A DNA stretch of 64,000 nt from positions 1-64,000 of IMG/VR virus record IMGVR_UViG_3300036860_000563. One strand, given 5' to 3'. The notes below the pieces were generated by a model. The model was not told the origin of the DNA. It made no database searches and saw only the letters and a program-made list of their open reading frames with translations. The position numbers were made by a program, and so were the translations under genes. Origin of the DNA: a virus. Its lineage: Duplodnaviria > Heunggongvirae > Uroviricota > Caudoviricetes. Position 1 is the stretch's first letter. The number at the start of each line of letters is the position of its first letter. Of this stretch, positions 8,679 to 17,452 are shown one piece after another.

Positions 8679-8683
8679 GTCGG

Positions 8684-8878
8684 TCAGTCCTCCACGTCGA
8701 GTACGTCGACGTTCACAACGTCGTACGACGTACGATCGTCGGCGAGTGAGTGTGGGTCGTGCACCCAGATCGTTCGACCTAGGAGTAGCTGCTCACCCAG
8801 CTCCTCCGTCACGCGGTGTGGGTTCTGCTCCCAGCCCTCCAGACGATCGAGGGTGATGCGTAGTGTGATCTTCATCAC
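8684..8878 (-). CDS. hypothetical protein
   Basis: 64-aa ORF. Its start overlaps the next gene as ATGA. Confidence 0.3.
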   Translation of the reverse strand: MMKITLRITLDRLEGWEQNPHRVTEELGEQLLLGRTIWVHDPHSLADDRTSYDVVNVDVLDVED

Positions 8879-9168
8879 TAGGTCACATCGCTTATGAAGT
8901 GACCGGGTGACGCGGGTGTAAACCGAATGGCCGCAGTTAGATCAACGCCACGGCGAGGTGCGTCGGTGCACATCTTGGCCCACGTCAGCGGGCCAACGTT
9001 CCGATCGTCGTACATGTTAGGTGTGAACCAGTGACGAGTTGGTTCGCCGAAGAGTACCATCGCAGCTACGTCATCTCGCACCACGACGGTGCTGTAGTTG
9101 TCTTCGGTCTCCGGCCAGTAGAGAACCGTGCCGTCGGGTGGCTCCGGTAGAGTGAGGTCATCGGTCAT
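8878..9168 (-). CDS. hypothetical protein
   Basis: 96-aa ORF. Confidence 0.35.
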   Translation of the reverse strand: MTDDLTLPEPPDGTVLYWPETEDNYSTVVVRDDVAAMVLFGEPTRHWFTPNMYDDRNVGPLTWAKMCTDAPRRGVDLTAAIRFTPASPGHFISDVT

Positions 9169-9781
9169 CGAACGTCTCCTCGGTGTTTACTCGCCGCTGG
9201 TGAAACGCCTCGGCGATCAGTAGCGCGACCGATCGTAGTGTCGTTGTGGTCGCGTGCTCGGCCTCCAACTCCCAGTGTTCTTGACCCGCGCGAAGGGCGT
9301 CGTCAACCGCGGTAGCCGTGATGGCCGCGGCGCGCACCATCTCCCGGGCTTCGACGGCCGCGAGCGCGGTCACGGTCGCTCGCACCAACCGGGACTCGTA
9401 CTCATCACGCACGAGTCGTCGTTCGTCCTCGACGCGCTGAGCGGCGAGTCGCTCCACGGCCGTGACGCGCGCCGCCTCCGTGACACTCTGATCCAGTTCG
9501 TAACCGGTCGCCCACGCGAACAGCGTCGCGAGGTTGACACAGGCGAGTGCCTCGACACGCTGTCGTCCCGTGGCATCAAAGTCGCCGTGCCACAGAGTGA
9601 CATGCTGCTCAACACTAGCGTCCGCCGAGCAGTCAGCCCCGGGCCAGAATCCCGCGTTGTCGAAGATCGTACCCTCGACGGTCACGCACAGCTCCTGCTC
9701 GTCGGGCTCGTGCCAGTTCGGGCGAACACCGAGCTCACGCGCGAGTTCGACCAGCTCAGCACGCCGGGTGATTCGTCTCAC
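9158..9781 (-). CDS. hypothetical protein
   Basis: 207-aa ORF, Ala/Glu-rich and helical. Confidence 0.4.
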   Translation of the reverse strand: MRRITRRAELVELARELGVRPNWHEPDEQELCVTVEGTIFDNAGFWPGADCSADASVEQHVTLWHGDFDATGRQRVEALACVNLATLFAWATGYELDQSVTEAARVTAVERLAAQRVEDERRLVRDEYESRLVRATVTALAAVEAREMVRAAAITATAVDDALRAGQEHWELEAEHATTTTLRSVALLIAEAFHQRRVNTEETFDDR

Positions 9782-9879
9782 TAGGTCGCTCCTATCTCTC
9801 GATCACTCTCTACCTCACGAGCTACATCATATCAAGTTAACGTGATGTCGGCAACAACGACGGCTACGACCACGTAAGA

Positions 9880-10731
9880 TCACTCATAAAAGTGATCCGG
9901 AAGACCAAACATGTCCGGGCTCTCAAGGATCATCGCGCCAATGTCAGTGTCCCGGTTGCTCTCGTTGCGCACGAACGGCTCGATCATCCGGCCACGGGGA
10001 TCGAAGTTGCTGAAGTACATGATGGACTTACGCTCGGGATCGTACTCCTCCGGCGAGCTGACTCGTAGGTTGCGTGCCTGGTGGAACAACGGCGGGATCT
10101 CCTCACCGGTCATCGCCGTCAGGATGCTGCCCGGCATGATGAACACCTCGTCCGAGGCCGGTGTCAACGATGTGATCACGTCGTTGTGAAAGATCTCCAA
10201 ACCCGGCGCGCTGGTCCAGATCACGGTGGCCACCACGCCGTCCTCGTGCCTGGTCTGCAGCAGCTCGCGCTCGGTCGGCGTGTGGAACGAGTTGAACTGA
10301 AGCACCGAGGTCGCCTCAAACGGCAACGCGGCAACACTCTCCACACCCTCGCCGTAGTACTCGCACAACTCGGCGACCAGGCGGGACATCAGCACGACGC
10401 AGACGTCGCGACGGTAGTCCTCCAGCGCGGTCAGCAACGGCCTGATCAGACCAAACTCTGGGATCGAGTAGGCCGACCTCACACCCCAGAAGAGAAAGGA
10501 GTCGTTGAGGTCCACGGCGTTGGGATCACCCGCGTGTGCGGCGCCCAGTGGCCGGTACCCGTTGTTCAACTTTGGCGATTGGTGCAGCGCTTGGCGCTCG
10601 GGATCGCGCTGGCTGAACTCCGTGGTCTGATCGTACAGCTCGGTGAGCAGGCGCGCCTGCCACGCGCCGAGCTGAACCCGGGCGAACCCCGCCACACGGA
10701 ACTGGGTCAACAGCGGCAACGCTACGCACAC
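9880..10731 (-). CDS. 2-oxoglutarate/Fe(II)-dependent oxygenase (isopenicillin-N-synthase-like fold)
   Basis: RHEDGVVATVIWTSAPGLEIF (HxD plus GLQV-like strand), FHQARN (distal His), RKSIMYFSNFD (Arg-x-Ser 2OG binding). Confidence 0.6.
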   Translation of the reverse strand: MCVALPLLTQFRVAGFARVQLGAWQARLLTELYDQTTEFSQRDPERQALHQSPKLNNGYRPLGAAHAGDPNAVDLNDSFLFWGVRSAYSIPEFGLIRPLLTALEDYRRDVCVVLMSRLVAELCEYYGEGVESVAALPFEATSVLQFNSFHTPTERELLQTRHEDGVVATVIWTSAPGLEIFHNDVITSLTPASDEVFIMPGSILTAMTGEEIPPLFHQARNLRVSSPEEYDPERKSIMYFSNFDPRGRMIEPFVRNESNRDTDIGAMILESPDMFGLPDHFYE

Positions 10732-11009
10732 CGTGAAGAACCCGTCGCGGGTGCGAGACGCGCTGTGTCGAGACCGGCGACGAACTCGGCGCTACGCAGA
10801 GTAAACTCAGCGCGAAGAGCGCGCCACTCTCGCCAGGCGAAGATGCCACCGTGATAGCCGTACCACGTGGTGATCGCGGTGCGACGCCGTGCGTCGTCGC
10901 GGAGCGCGCTCAGGTAGCGAGCGTTGACGACGGTGAGCTCGCCCAGCGCGTGGTAGTCGCGCTCACCCAGCGCCCGGTCATACGGTGCGTGGCACGAGTG
11001 TGTGGTCAC
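10722..11009 (-). CDS. hypothetical protein
   Basis: 95-aa ORF overlapping the oxygenase start by 10 nt. Confidence 0.25.
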   Translation of the reverse strand: MTTHSCHAPYDRALGERDYHALGELTVVNARYLSALRDDARRRTAITTWYGYHGGIFAWREWRALRAEFTLRSAEFVAGLDTARLAPATGSSRCA

Positions 11010-11503
11010 CCGACACCCGCCTCCAGCCAGCGATCATACGCGACGGACAACCCGTGATCACGCGCGGCGGCGAGCTCGATCGCCTCCACGGACGCGTCCG
11101 GCAGCACCGGACGTCGCTGCCGCCACTGGGTGAGCAGCTCCATCACCTTGAACGCTGTGTCGGCCCAGGCGACGCGCGCGAAGTCGATCTCATCGGGCAC
11201 GCGAGTGCGCCCGAGTGTGTGTACGAGGTACGTCGCGCGCTCGGACACGACGTCGTCAACCACACGGTAGATCGCCACCTCGAACCAGCGACACGCGCGG
11301 CAGCGCCAACCCGGGGGTGCGGTGTCACCCAGGTGCTGGTGCTCCCGCTGGTGGGATGACGCCTCACCGAGCAGGCTTCCCCGGAACGAGACGTTCTCCC
11401 CACCGCGTCCACGCACGGTGTACACTCGTGTGAGTGCGTCACCCTGTGTGGTGACCCCGGTGGGTGGGCCGACGTTGGCGGAGTCCGCCACCTCATCGAT
11501 CAC
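11006..11503 (-). CDS. hypothetical protein
   Basis: 165-aa ORF. Confidence 0.4.
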   Translation of the reverse strand: MIDEVADSANVGPPTGVTTQGDALTRVYTVRGRGGENVSFRGSLLGEASSHQREHQHLGDTAPPGWRCRACRWFEVAIYRVVDDVVSERATYLVHTLGRTRVPDEIDFARVAWADTAFKVMELLTQWRQRRPVLPDASVEAIELAAARDHGLSVAYDRWLEAGVG

Positions 11504-11555
11504 GGTGTTTTCCTCTCACTCGATCACTACTATCCGTGGGATCAATCTTACCAGG

Positions 11556-11582
11556 AGCGCCCACCAACGGGTGCGTTGGTGG
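11556..11582 (-). terminator. 10-bp perfect hairpin GCCCACCAAC-GGGTGC-GTTGGTGGGC just downstream of the bL12-like gene
   Basis: Seen directly. Confidence 0.4.
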
Positions 11583-11600
11583 GCCGCCTCATGATCTTAT

Positions 11601-12122
11601 CTACGTACGGTGTGAAGATGAGGGTTGAACGATCGCCGTCGCACCCTCGTTCGTGAGAGCACGATGTACACGGTTGGCCTCATCGAGGTCGGTGTGGGTG
11701 AGCACGTCGACGGGCGCGGACTCGACGAACTCCTTCGCATCGCGAATGCCGAGGGCGAGTAGTCGACGAATCGTCCGGATGATGGGCAGCTTGTTGGGGC
11801 CAACGTCGACGAGCCGAACCGTGAACTCGGTGGGCTCATCTTCCACGCTCAACTCGCCGACGGCATCACCAACCGCATCACCAGGTGGTGACACGAGACG
11901 TGCCGGCTCGGCTGTGACGTCGAACGTCTCCGCGAACCGACGATGAAACTCGGTCAGCTCGACGAGAGTGAGGCCCCCGAACGCTTCGAGTAGGTCAGAG
12001 ACACGACTCTCACCACTCTCACCACTCTCACCACTCTCACCACTCTCACCACTCTCACCACTCTCACCACTCTCACCACTCTCACCGCTCTGCTCCACGG
12101 GTCTTTGCCTCCTCACAACCAC
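11601..12122 (-). CDS. ribosomal protein bL12 (L7/L12)-like protein with an inserted (ESG)9 repeat
   Basis: C-terminal domain EFTVRLVDVGPNKLPIIRTIRRLLALGIRDAKEFVESAPVDVLTHTDLDEANRVHRALTNEGATAIV matches the L7/L12 CTD pattern (EFDV.L...G.NK..VIK.VR..TGLGLKEAK.LVE.AP). N-terminal-domain-like SDLLEAFGGLTLVELTEF. The ESG repeat is encoded by (CACCACTCT)9. Confidence 0.65.
   Translation of the reverse strand: MVVRRQRPVEQSGESGESGESGESGESGESGESGESGESRVSDLLEAFGGLTLVELTEFHRRFAETFDVTAEPARLVSPPGDAVGDAVGELSVEDEPTEFTVRLVDVGPNKLPIIRTIRRLLALGIRDAKEFVESAPVDVLTHTDLDEANRVHRALTNEGATAIVQPSSSHRT
12005..12089. repeat. (CACCACTCT)n 9-nt tandem repeat, about 9 units
   Basis: Seen directly. In frame as (ESG)n within the bL12-like gene. 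Confidence 0.9.
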
Positions 12123-13768
12123 GGCCAGTGTGCGTCACGACCGGCCTCTAAGAGTGGGATCAACGTGAACGCCGCGTCGGTGAGGCCACCGAAGGTGTGA
12201 CGGTTGTGACTACCCGCCGGCGCGTGACCGCGCTCGTAGCCCGCGAGGTTCCACGTGTAGAGTGGCGTCGTCGTGGGAACGACGGCGCTCACCTCGACGT
12301 GAGTGGCGTCCGCGGCGGCCTGCTCGTCGGTGATGATGATGACGCGATCGTGACCAGCGTGGTGTTGACGCAGCGCCGCGGCGGTCGCGGTGCCACCACC
12401 GAGGAAGAAGCCGTCACTCGCCCAGCGGGAGAGTGTCGTGAGTAACGACTCACCGTCCCGGAGTGCGAACGTCTTCGTGTGCGCGCCGTGTGCGTCGCCC
12501 CACACTCGGGCGGCCGACGAGAACGACACGAGGTCGGCGCTCTTCGCGCGACCGGCGAGCGCCGCGCCAAAGATCACCGCGACGTCCCAGCGCTTAAGTG
12601 TGCTGTTGTGCGAGAACTGCTCGTCCATCGAGGACGACGTGTCCACCAGGATGAGCGTCCTGCCGGTGAGCCGAGGAACGTTCGCGAGACAGTAGTTGAG
12701 CGCGCGCTCGAGCGGGTACGCCCAGCGGAGGCTGGGTGCCGCGCGGTGCGCCGCGAGAAGCCGGAGGGGAAGCTGCCGTGACCGCGCGACCTCGATCGGG
12801 TCGGCGAGCCTCGCTGCCACGGTCTGTGCGACCGCGTCTCGGACGCCCGCCTCGTCGAGGTTGCGCAGGTTACGTAGTAGTGCCATGTACCCCATCGAGG
12901 GCGCGAGTGCCTCCCACAGTAGGTTCTTCGGTAGCCGGTCGCCGGCTAGCGAGAGCACGTTCTCCCACGTCATACCCGCCGCGGCCAACGTCTCTACGTC
13001 GAGTAGCCCTGAGATACTGCTCTCTGCGACCAGCGAGCGCAGCTCAGCGTTGCGACGAACCGTCGTCAGCAGCTTGGGAACGGCGTTGTCGTGGCCGTGC
13101 CGCCGGTCCAGGGCGTACTTGAACAGCTCACCTTGCCACGGTGCGGTCGGACGTGGGTGAGTCAGCTCGACGACGTCCCCGAACCGAAACGCGTGTGATG
13201 TGGTGTCGTACTTGAGCAGCGCGCGCTCGGTGTAGAGTCGCCGAACGGCGTCGGTGACGCCACGCTTAACCGGCTGGGGTAGGTTCCGACCGTAGGACAC
13301 GACGTAGTACGCCAGCAGCTCACCCGGCTCGTCGGCGCGCCGCAACACCGCGTCGACGAGCGCCCGCGCCAGTCCCCTGTCGTCGGAGAGGCCCGGTACC
13401 TCGTAGGCCGGTACGGACCCGAGGTCAGGACGCTCGCGGCGCGCTCGGATGAACTCGACGGCCCCGACGAGCGGCGCGGAGCGAAGGTCGGCGTCGGCGC
13501 GGAGCCAGCGGAGAAGCTGGAACACCCACACCGGGTCGGTGACCGCGACGGCACGCACCAGCTCACGAAACCGTGTGTCTCGCCGGGACGCTGACTCGTA
13601 GAACGCATCCTCACCCACGAGGTTTGACACGGCGAGCAGGAACAGCTCACTCTTCTCGTCACGGGCGTAGCCGGGTGCGCCCTCGTGTGTGAGACCGCCG
13701 GGTGTAGCCTCGGTGGTGACCGGGCTGGTCGTCGCCGGACGGACGCCGAGAACGTTGAACTTAGTCAT
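12113..13768 (-). CDS. rsr: Ro60/Rsr ortholog (TROVE domain + vWA with MIDAS)
   Basis: Blocks matching human Ro60: ALLRNL (identical to Ro60 LTALLRNLG); RTLILVDTSSSMDEQ ~ RFLLAVDVSASMNQ (DxSxS MIDAS); GGGTA ~ GGTD; RVIIITDEQ ~ VFIVFTDNE; GGLTDAAFTLI ~ CGFDTGALDVI. Confidence 0.7.
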   Translation of the reverse strand: MTKFNVLGVRPATTSPVTTEATPGGLTHEGAPGYARDEKSELFLLAVSNLVGEDAFYESASRRDTRFRELVRAVAVTDPVWVFQLLRWLRADADLRSAPLVGAVEFIRARRERPDLGSVPAYEVPGLSDDRGLARALVDAVLRRADEPGELLAYYVVSYGRNLPQPVKRGVTDAVRRLYTERALLKYDTTSHAFRFGDVVELTHPRPTAPWQGELFKYALDRRHGHDNAVPKLLTTVRRNAELRSLVAESSISGLLDVETLAAAGMTWENVLSLAGDRLPKNLLWEALAPSMGYMALLRNLRNLDEAGVRDAVAQTVAARLADPIEVARSRQLPLRLLAAHRAAPSLRWAYPLERALNYCLANVPRLTGRTLILVDTSSSMDEQFSHNSTLKRWDVAVIFGAALAGRAKSADLVSFSSAARVWGDAHGAHTKTFALRDGESLLTTLSRWASDGFFLGGGTATAAALRQHHAGHDRVIIITDEQAAADATHVEVSAVVPTTTPLYTWNLAGYERGHAPAGSHNRHTFGGLTDAAFTLIPLLEAGRDAHWPWL

Positions 13769-14443
13769 AATAAGCAGCTCTACTTCCTGCCCGCGTAGAA
13801 GTCGTCACACGAAAACGTGCGACCCAGGGTGATCGGCGCACCGAGCGCGTGAGAACCCATACCTACGCTCTCACACCCGCACACTCGCTAGGTCGCACGT
13901 TCTCACATCGTGCTCCCCGAGGACGTGTCGTTCACGGCTTGTCACAAACCGGAGAAGTAACCGTGAACTTCGCACCGAGGAGATAAGACGAGGACAGTGA
14001 TGATCAACGTTGACCGTCATCGTCCCACTTCAGCTGATGCTCGTATCTCGTTGAGTTGACCGAGTTCAGGGTGACCAACGGTGTGATTTCAGCCAATTTG
14101 AAGTAACCGTCGGTCGGCGCACCGGTCAACCTATGACAACACTAACAGGATCTTGTCGAGCGTGCAAACTCGTACCCACCGAGTGGCCGTCTAACGACAC
14201 TTGATGATCACTTGGTGATCGTCCGGTGGTGTCACTGGGTGACACCCGCACGCCGGAGTGGTTGTAGATTCAAGGCAGTAGACGACGGTGGGCGCCCAGC
14301 CGCCAAGCCTAGGCGCCCACTCACACAACTAGATAAACAGGAGTAGCTGTGTTGGATCCTATCATCACCTACAGACGGGAGTTGCCACAGGTGCTTAAGC
14401 TAATAGTACCACAACCGCGCTACGTCCACGGTTGTGAGCTGCC
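13769..14443. promoter_or_regulatory. 670-bp divergent intergenic region between rsr and primase: several palindromes/hairpins, candidate location of a Y-RNA-like ncRNA
   Basis: No ORF with coding signature. Palindrome GGTGTCAC-TGG-GTGACACC at about 14227..14245. GC hairpin GGTGGGCGCC...GGCGCCCAC at about 14288..14320. Long-range 8-bp pairing GTTGACCG (14063) / CGGTCAAC (14133). Confidence 0.4.
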
Positions 14444-14468
14444 GTGACGACGGAGAAGATCACGGCAG
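14409..14468 (+). promoter_or_regulatory. two adjacent inverted repeats (CACAACCG/CGGTTGTG and GCTGCCGTGA/TCACGGCAGC) bracketing the primase GTG start
   Basis: Seen directly. The second 10-bp stem contains the start codon (14444). Confidence 0.4.
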
Positions 14469-17068
14469 CGCGTGGTTACACCGAGCGTGGTTGGTACGTG
14501 TTCGTACTCGGAACTGGTAAGACACCACTGCCGAACTGCGAGAACTGCCGGCCGGAGATCACCGGGCCTTACCACGATCGCACCAACTGCGCGTGTCTCA
14601 CGTGTCACGCGTTCTACGCGGCGACGCGTGACGTTGACCGACTCACCGAGATGATCGAGCATCACCCGCTCGGCATGCTCGCGGTCCGAACGGGTAACGT
14701 GAGTCGATTGCTCGTCGTGGACGCGGAGGCTACGAAGAGTGAACCAAACGGACCCACCGGTCTGGAGGTTCTCGACGCTTGGGAGTCGTGGACCAACGGT
14801 GTTACGCTGCCAGCGACGCTTCAGCAGCGCACCGGCGGCGGTGGGCTTCACGCGCTCTACCGACTACCGGTAAGTGCGCCCATCATACGCAGTCGGCGCG
14901 TCTTGCCCAGCGTTGACGTCAAGGCCGAGCACGGCTACGTGGCGGTGGGACCGGGCGGTGACGGCCGTCACTGGGTGGATGAGGTTACGCCGGTCGCCGA
15001 CGCACCGTCGGAGCTCATCGCGTGGCTCAGCACCCAGCGGAACGTAGTGTTGCGAGCCCACGGTGGTGAAGACACCACTCCGATCGACTACTCATTTGCC
15101 GTTGCCCGAACGCTGGACGTCATACCGGACGGCTGGCGTGAGGTGTTCACGCGTGACTTATCGTTCGTGCTTCGAAAGTCCGGTGTCTCACGTGAGCGCG
15201 CGACCGAGGTGCTGCGTGAGCGCTGGACGACGTTCGCCCAGCCACCCAACGCGCAGCACTACGTACCGTGGGAGCACGTCGAGTACAAGATCGAGCGTGA
15301 TTGGACCAACTTGTTGCCAGACACACCTAGCGGCGGCATGACCTGGGCGCAGAACATCATTGATGAGGCAGCACGACGACTTACAGCGAGCTCGGCATTG
15401 GTCCCTATAAACAGCTTAGTGAACGACGAAGAGATCGATGAAGAGATCGCGGGCAGTGGTGAGAGTGATGAGCCACCGGCGCTCACAACACCTCCGTTGG
15501 CCGTCGGAGAGCTGGACCCGGACCGGTGGTATGGCACCCATGACGACGGCACGGCCGCTCGGTTGGTGGCCGTCTGGGGTGACTGGTTCCGGGCCATCCC
15601 ACGACAACGTGGCGGCTACACCTGGCTGTACTACGACGGTGTCACCTGGCACCAGGACACACGCGAGCAGATCTGGCAGGCGGTCGCCGAGGTCGTTAGA
15701 CGACTGCCGGACGAGCTGCACGCCTGGGAAGCTCGGTGTGCCGCACTAACCGTGGAGGGCGTGCAAGACTGGCGAACGGCGGTGATCGGAGGCAACGGAC
15801 AGAACGCCGGTGAGTTTCAGGTCGTCGTCGCTCTTAGGAAGTACGGTGCGGCCTGCCGCGAAAACGCGCGAAAAGAGACGGGGGCCCGAGCGTTCGCGCG
15901 CCTGCGCGCGGTGGCAGAGGCGGACCTGGACGCTAACACACGGTACCTGGGGTTACCGGATGGTCGAGCGCTCGACGTGAGAGCTGTTCACGTAGGCTCA
16001 GACCGCTCCACGTGGTTGGTGCCGGCACGACCAGAGATGCTGCTGACCAAGCAACTCGGGTGTGCGTACGTCCCGGTAGACCAGACGTACCCGGGCACCT
16101 GCTACGAGTTCTCCAACTTCCGCCGGTACCTGGAGGGCGTGTTGCCGGACGCGAAGGTTCGAAGCACGCTGCAGGAGTTCGTCGGCTACGCGCTACTCGG
16201 TGAACCAAACGAGAAGATCGTAGTGCTGCTCCACGGCCCCCCGGACTCCGGCAAGACGGTGTTACTGGAGGTCCTAGAGGCACTCTTTGGCGACTACGGT
16301 GGCTGGACGGACGCGCAGGCCCTGGTCGCGGGTAAGGCTAAGTCTGCGCATCAAGAGTGGTTGAACAACATCCGTGGACTGCGACTGGTTTGCACCCCAG
16401 AGACCGCGCGTGGTGCGAAGATCGACGCCGCGTGGATGAAGTCGTACTCTGGTCGAGAGCCACAGACCACGCGAGGCGCGTACGGTGACACATCGGTCAC
16501 GTGGAAGCCGACCGGGATAATCTTCAACGCGTCGAACCACTACGTCGAATATGACGCGGATGACACCGCGGTGGCGGAACGAACCCAAGTTATCGAGTTT
16601 GAGCGGCAGTTTCTACGCGGTAATGATGAGCGTGATGATCAGTTGCCACAAAAGATCCAGGACGGTGAGCTACCCATCGTACTCAACTGGGCGCTGGACG
16701 GACTGCGCCGGCACGGCGAGCGCGGTGGCCTACTCATCGCCGATCGGATAGTCGAGTGGTCGAACCGTTACCGGATCGCGCAGGATACGACGGGACAGTT
16801 CATCGCGGACGCGAGAGAAGAGGGTTTCCTCGTCGAGGATGAGACCGGTGCCGTGTCGTCAGCGTTCGTAACGGTTAAGGTCGTCTACGAGCTGTACCTG
16901 TCGTGGTGCCGTGTGCAGTCGGTCCGGCACCCGCTCGGTCGCAACAGGTTCAACGCACACCTACGAACGGTCTACGGCTGGCGGGACGTTCGAAGTGGTG
17001 TGACACGCTGGCACGGCTGGACGTCACCGGTAACGAGCGCCGCCTCGGTTGTACTACTCCAGTGGTGA
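14444..17068 (+). CDS. bifunctional primase-polymerase (Prim-Pol) / D5-like SF3 helicase
   Basis: N-terminal prim-pol-like region with zinc motif CENC...CACLTC and LHALYRLP. Walker A VVLLHGPPDSGKT. Long C-terminal D5/helicase-like region. Confidence 0.8.
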   Translation: MTTEKITAARGYTERGWYVFVLGTGKTPLPNCENCRPEITGPYHDRTNCACLTCHAFYAATRDVDRLTEMIEHHPLGMLAVRTGNVSRLLVVDAEATKSEPNGPTGLEVLDAWESWTNGVTLPATLQQRTGGGGLHALYRLPVSAPIIRSRRVLPSVDVKAEHGYVAVGPGGDGRHWVDEVTPVADAPSELIAWLSTQRNVVLRAHGGEDTTPIDYSFAVARTLDVIPDGWREVFTRDLSFVLRKSGVSRERATEVLRERWTTFAQPPNAQHYVPWEHVEYKIERDWTNLLPDTPSGGMTWAQNIIDEAARRLTASSALVPINSLVNDEEIDEEIAGSGESDEPPALTTPPLAVGELDPDRWYGTHDDGTAARLVAVWGDWFRAIPRQRGGYTWLYYDGVTWHQDTREQIWQAVAEVVRRLPDELHAWEARCAALTVEGVQDWRTAVIGGNGQNAGEFQVVVALRKYGAACRENARKETGARAFARLRAVAEADLDANTRYLGLPDGRALDVRAVHVGSDRSTWLVPARPEMLLTKQLGCAYVPVDQTYPGTCYEFSNFRRYLEGVLPDAKVRSTLQEFVGYALLGEPNEKIVVLLHGPPDSGKTVLLEVLEALFGDYGGWTDAQALVAGKAKSAHQEWLNNIRGLRLVCTPETARGAKIDAAWMKSYSGREPQTTRGAYGDTSVTWKPTGIIFNASNHYVEYDADDTAVAERTQVIEFERQFLRGNDERDDQLPQKIQDGELPIVLNWALDGLRRHGERGGLLIADRIVEWSNRYRIAQDTTGQFIADAREEGFLVEDETGAVSSAFVTVKVVYELYLSWCRVQSVRHPLGRNRFNAHLRTVYGWRDVRSGVTRWHGWTSPVTSAASVVLLQW

Positions 17069-17087
17069 GTACAAACTGGTATAAATC

Positions 17088-17440
17088 CTGGCAATGATCT
17101 TGGCAGTTTCACCGTTGTTGATCTATATTGAAAGTGCCAAGGTCTCATATGGGATCATATCGTCTTGGCACTTTCACCTAGGATCTGGCAGTTTCAACGG
17201 CCCGAAAACTCCCAAACTGCCAAGAAAGTGCCAAGGCATCCTACATCATATTGATCTTCATTTAACCAGCTAGATCCTTTATACCAACTAAACTTAATCT
17301 TATTTTAAGTTATGATTGGCAGTTTGGCAGTTTCGCTAGGGTTGTTAGAGGTATAAGGAGGAGGAAATTGGGGATATTTATACCGATTTGTTCCCCACCC
17401 TTCCCTGGTGGTACTAAACTACTCTCAGAACTGCCAAAAT
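17088..17440. repeat. AT-rich iteron array: at least 9 copies of TTGGCA(G/C)TTTC in both orientations; putative replication origin
   Basis: Copies at about 17100, 17130 (rc), 17165, 17185, 17214 (rc), 17224 (rc), 17316, 17325, 17428 (rc). Local GC is far below the window average. Sits immediately downstream of the primase/helicase gene. Confidence 0.6.
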
Positions 17441-17452
17441 GAATCATCTTAA

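Noticed and set aside
17088-17440. Repeat array considered as a CRISPR array
   Set aside because: Repeat units are 11-13 nt, occur in both orientations with irregular spacing, and have no uniform spacers. They are iterons, not CRISPR.
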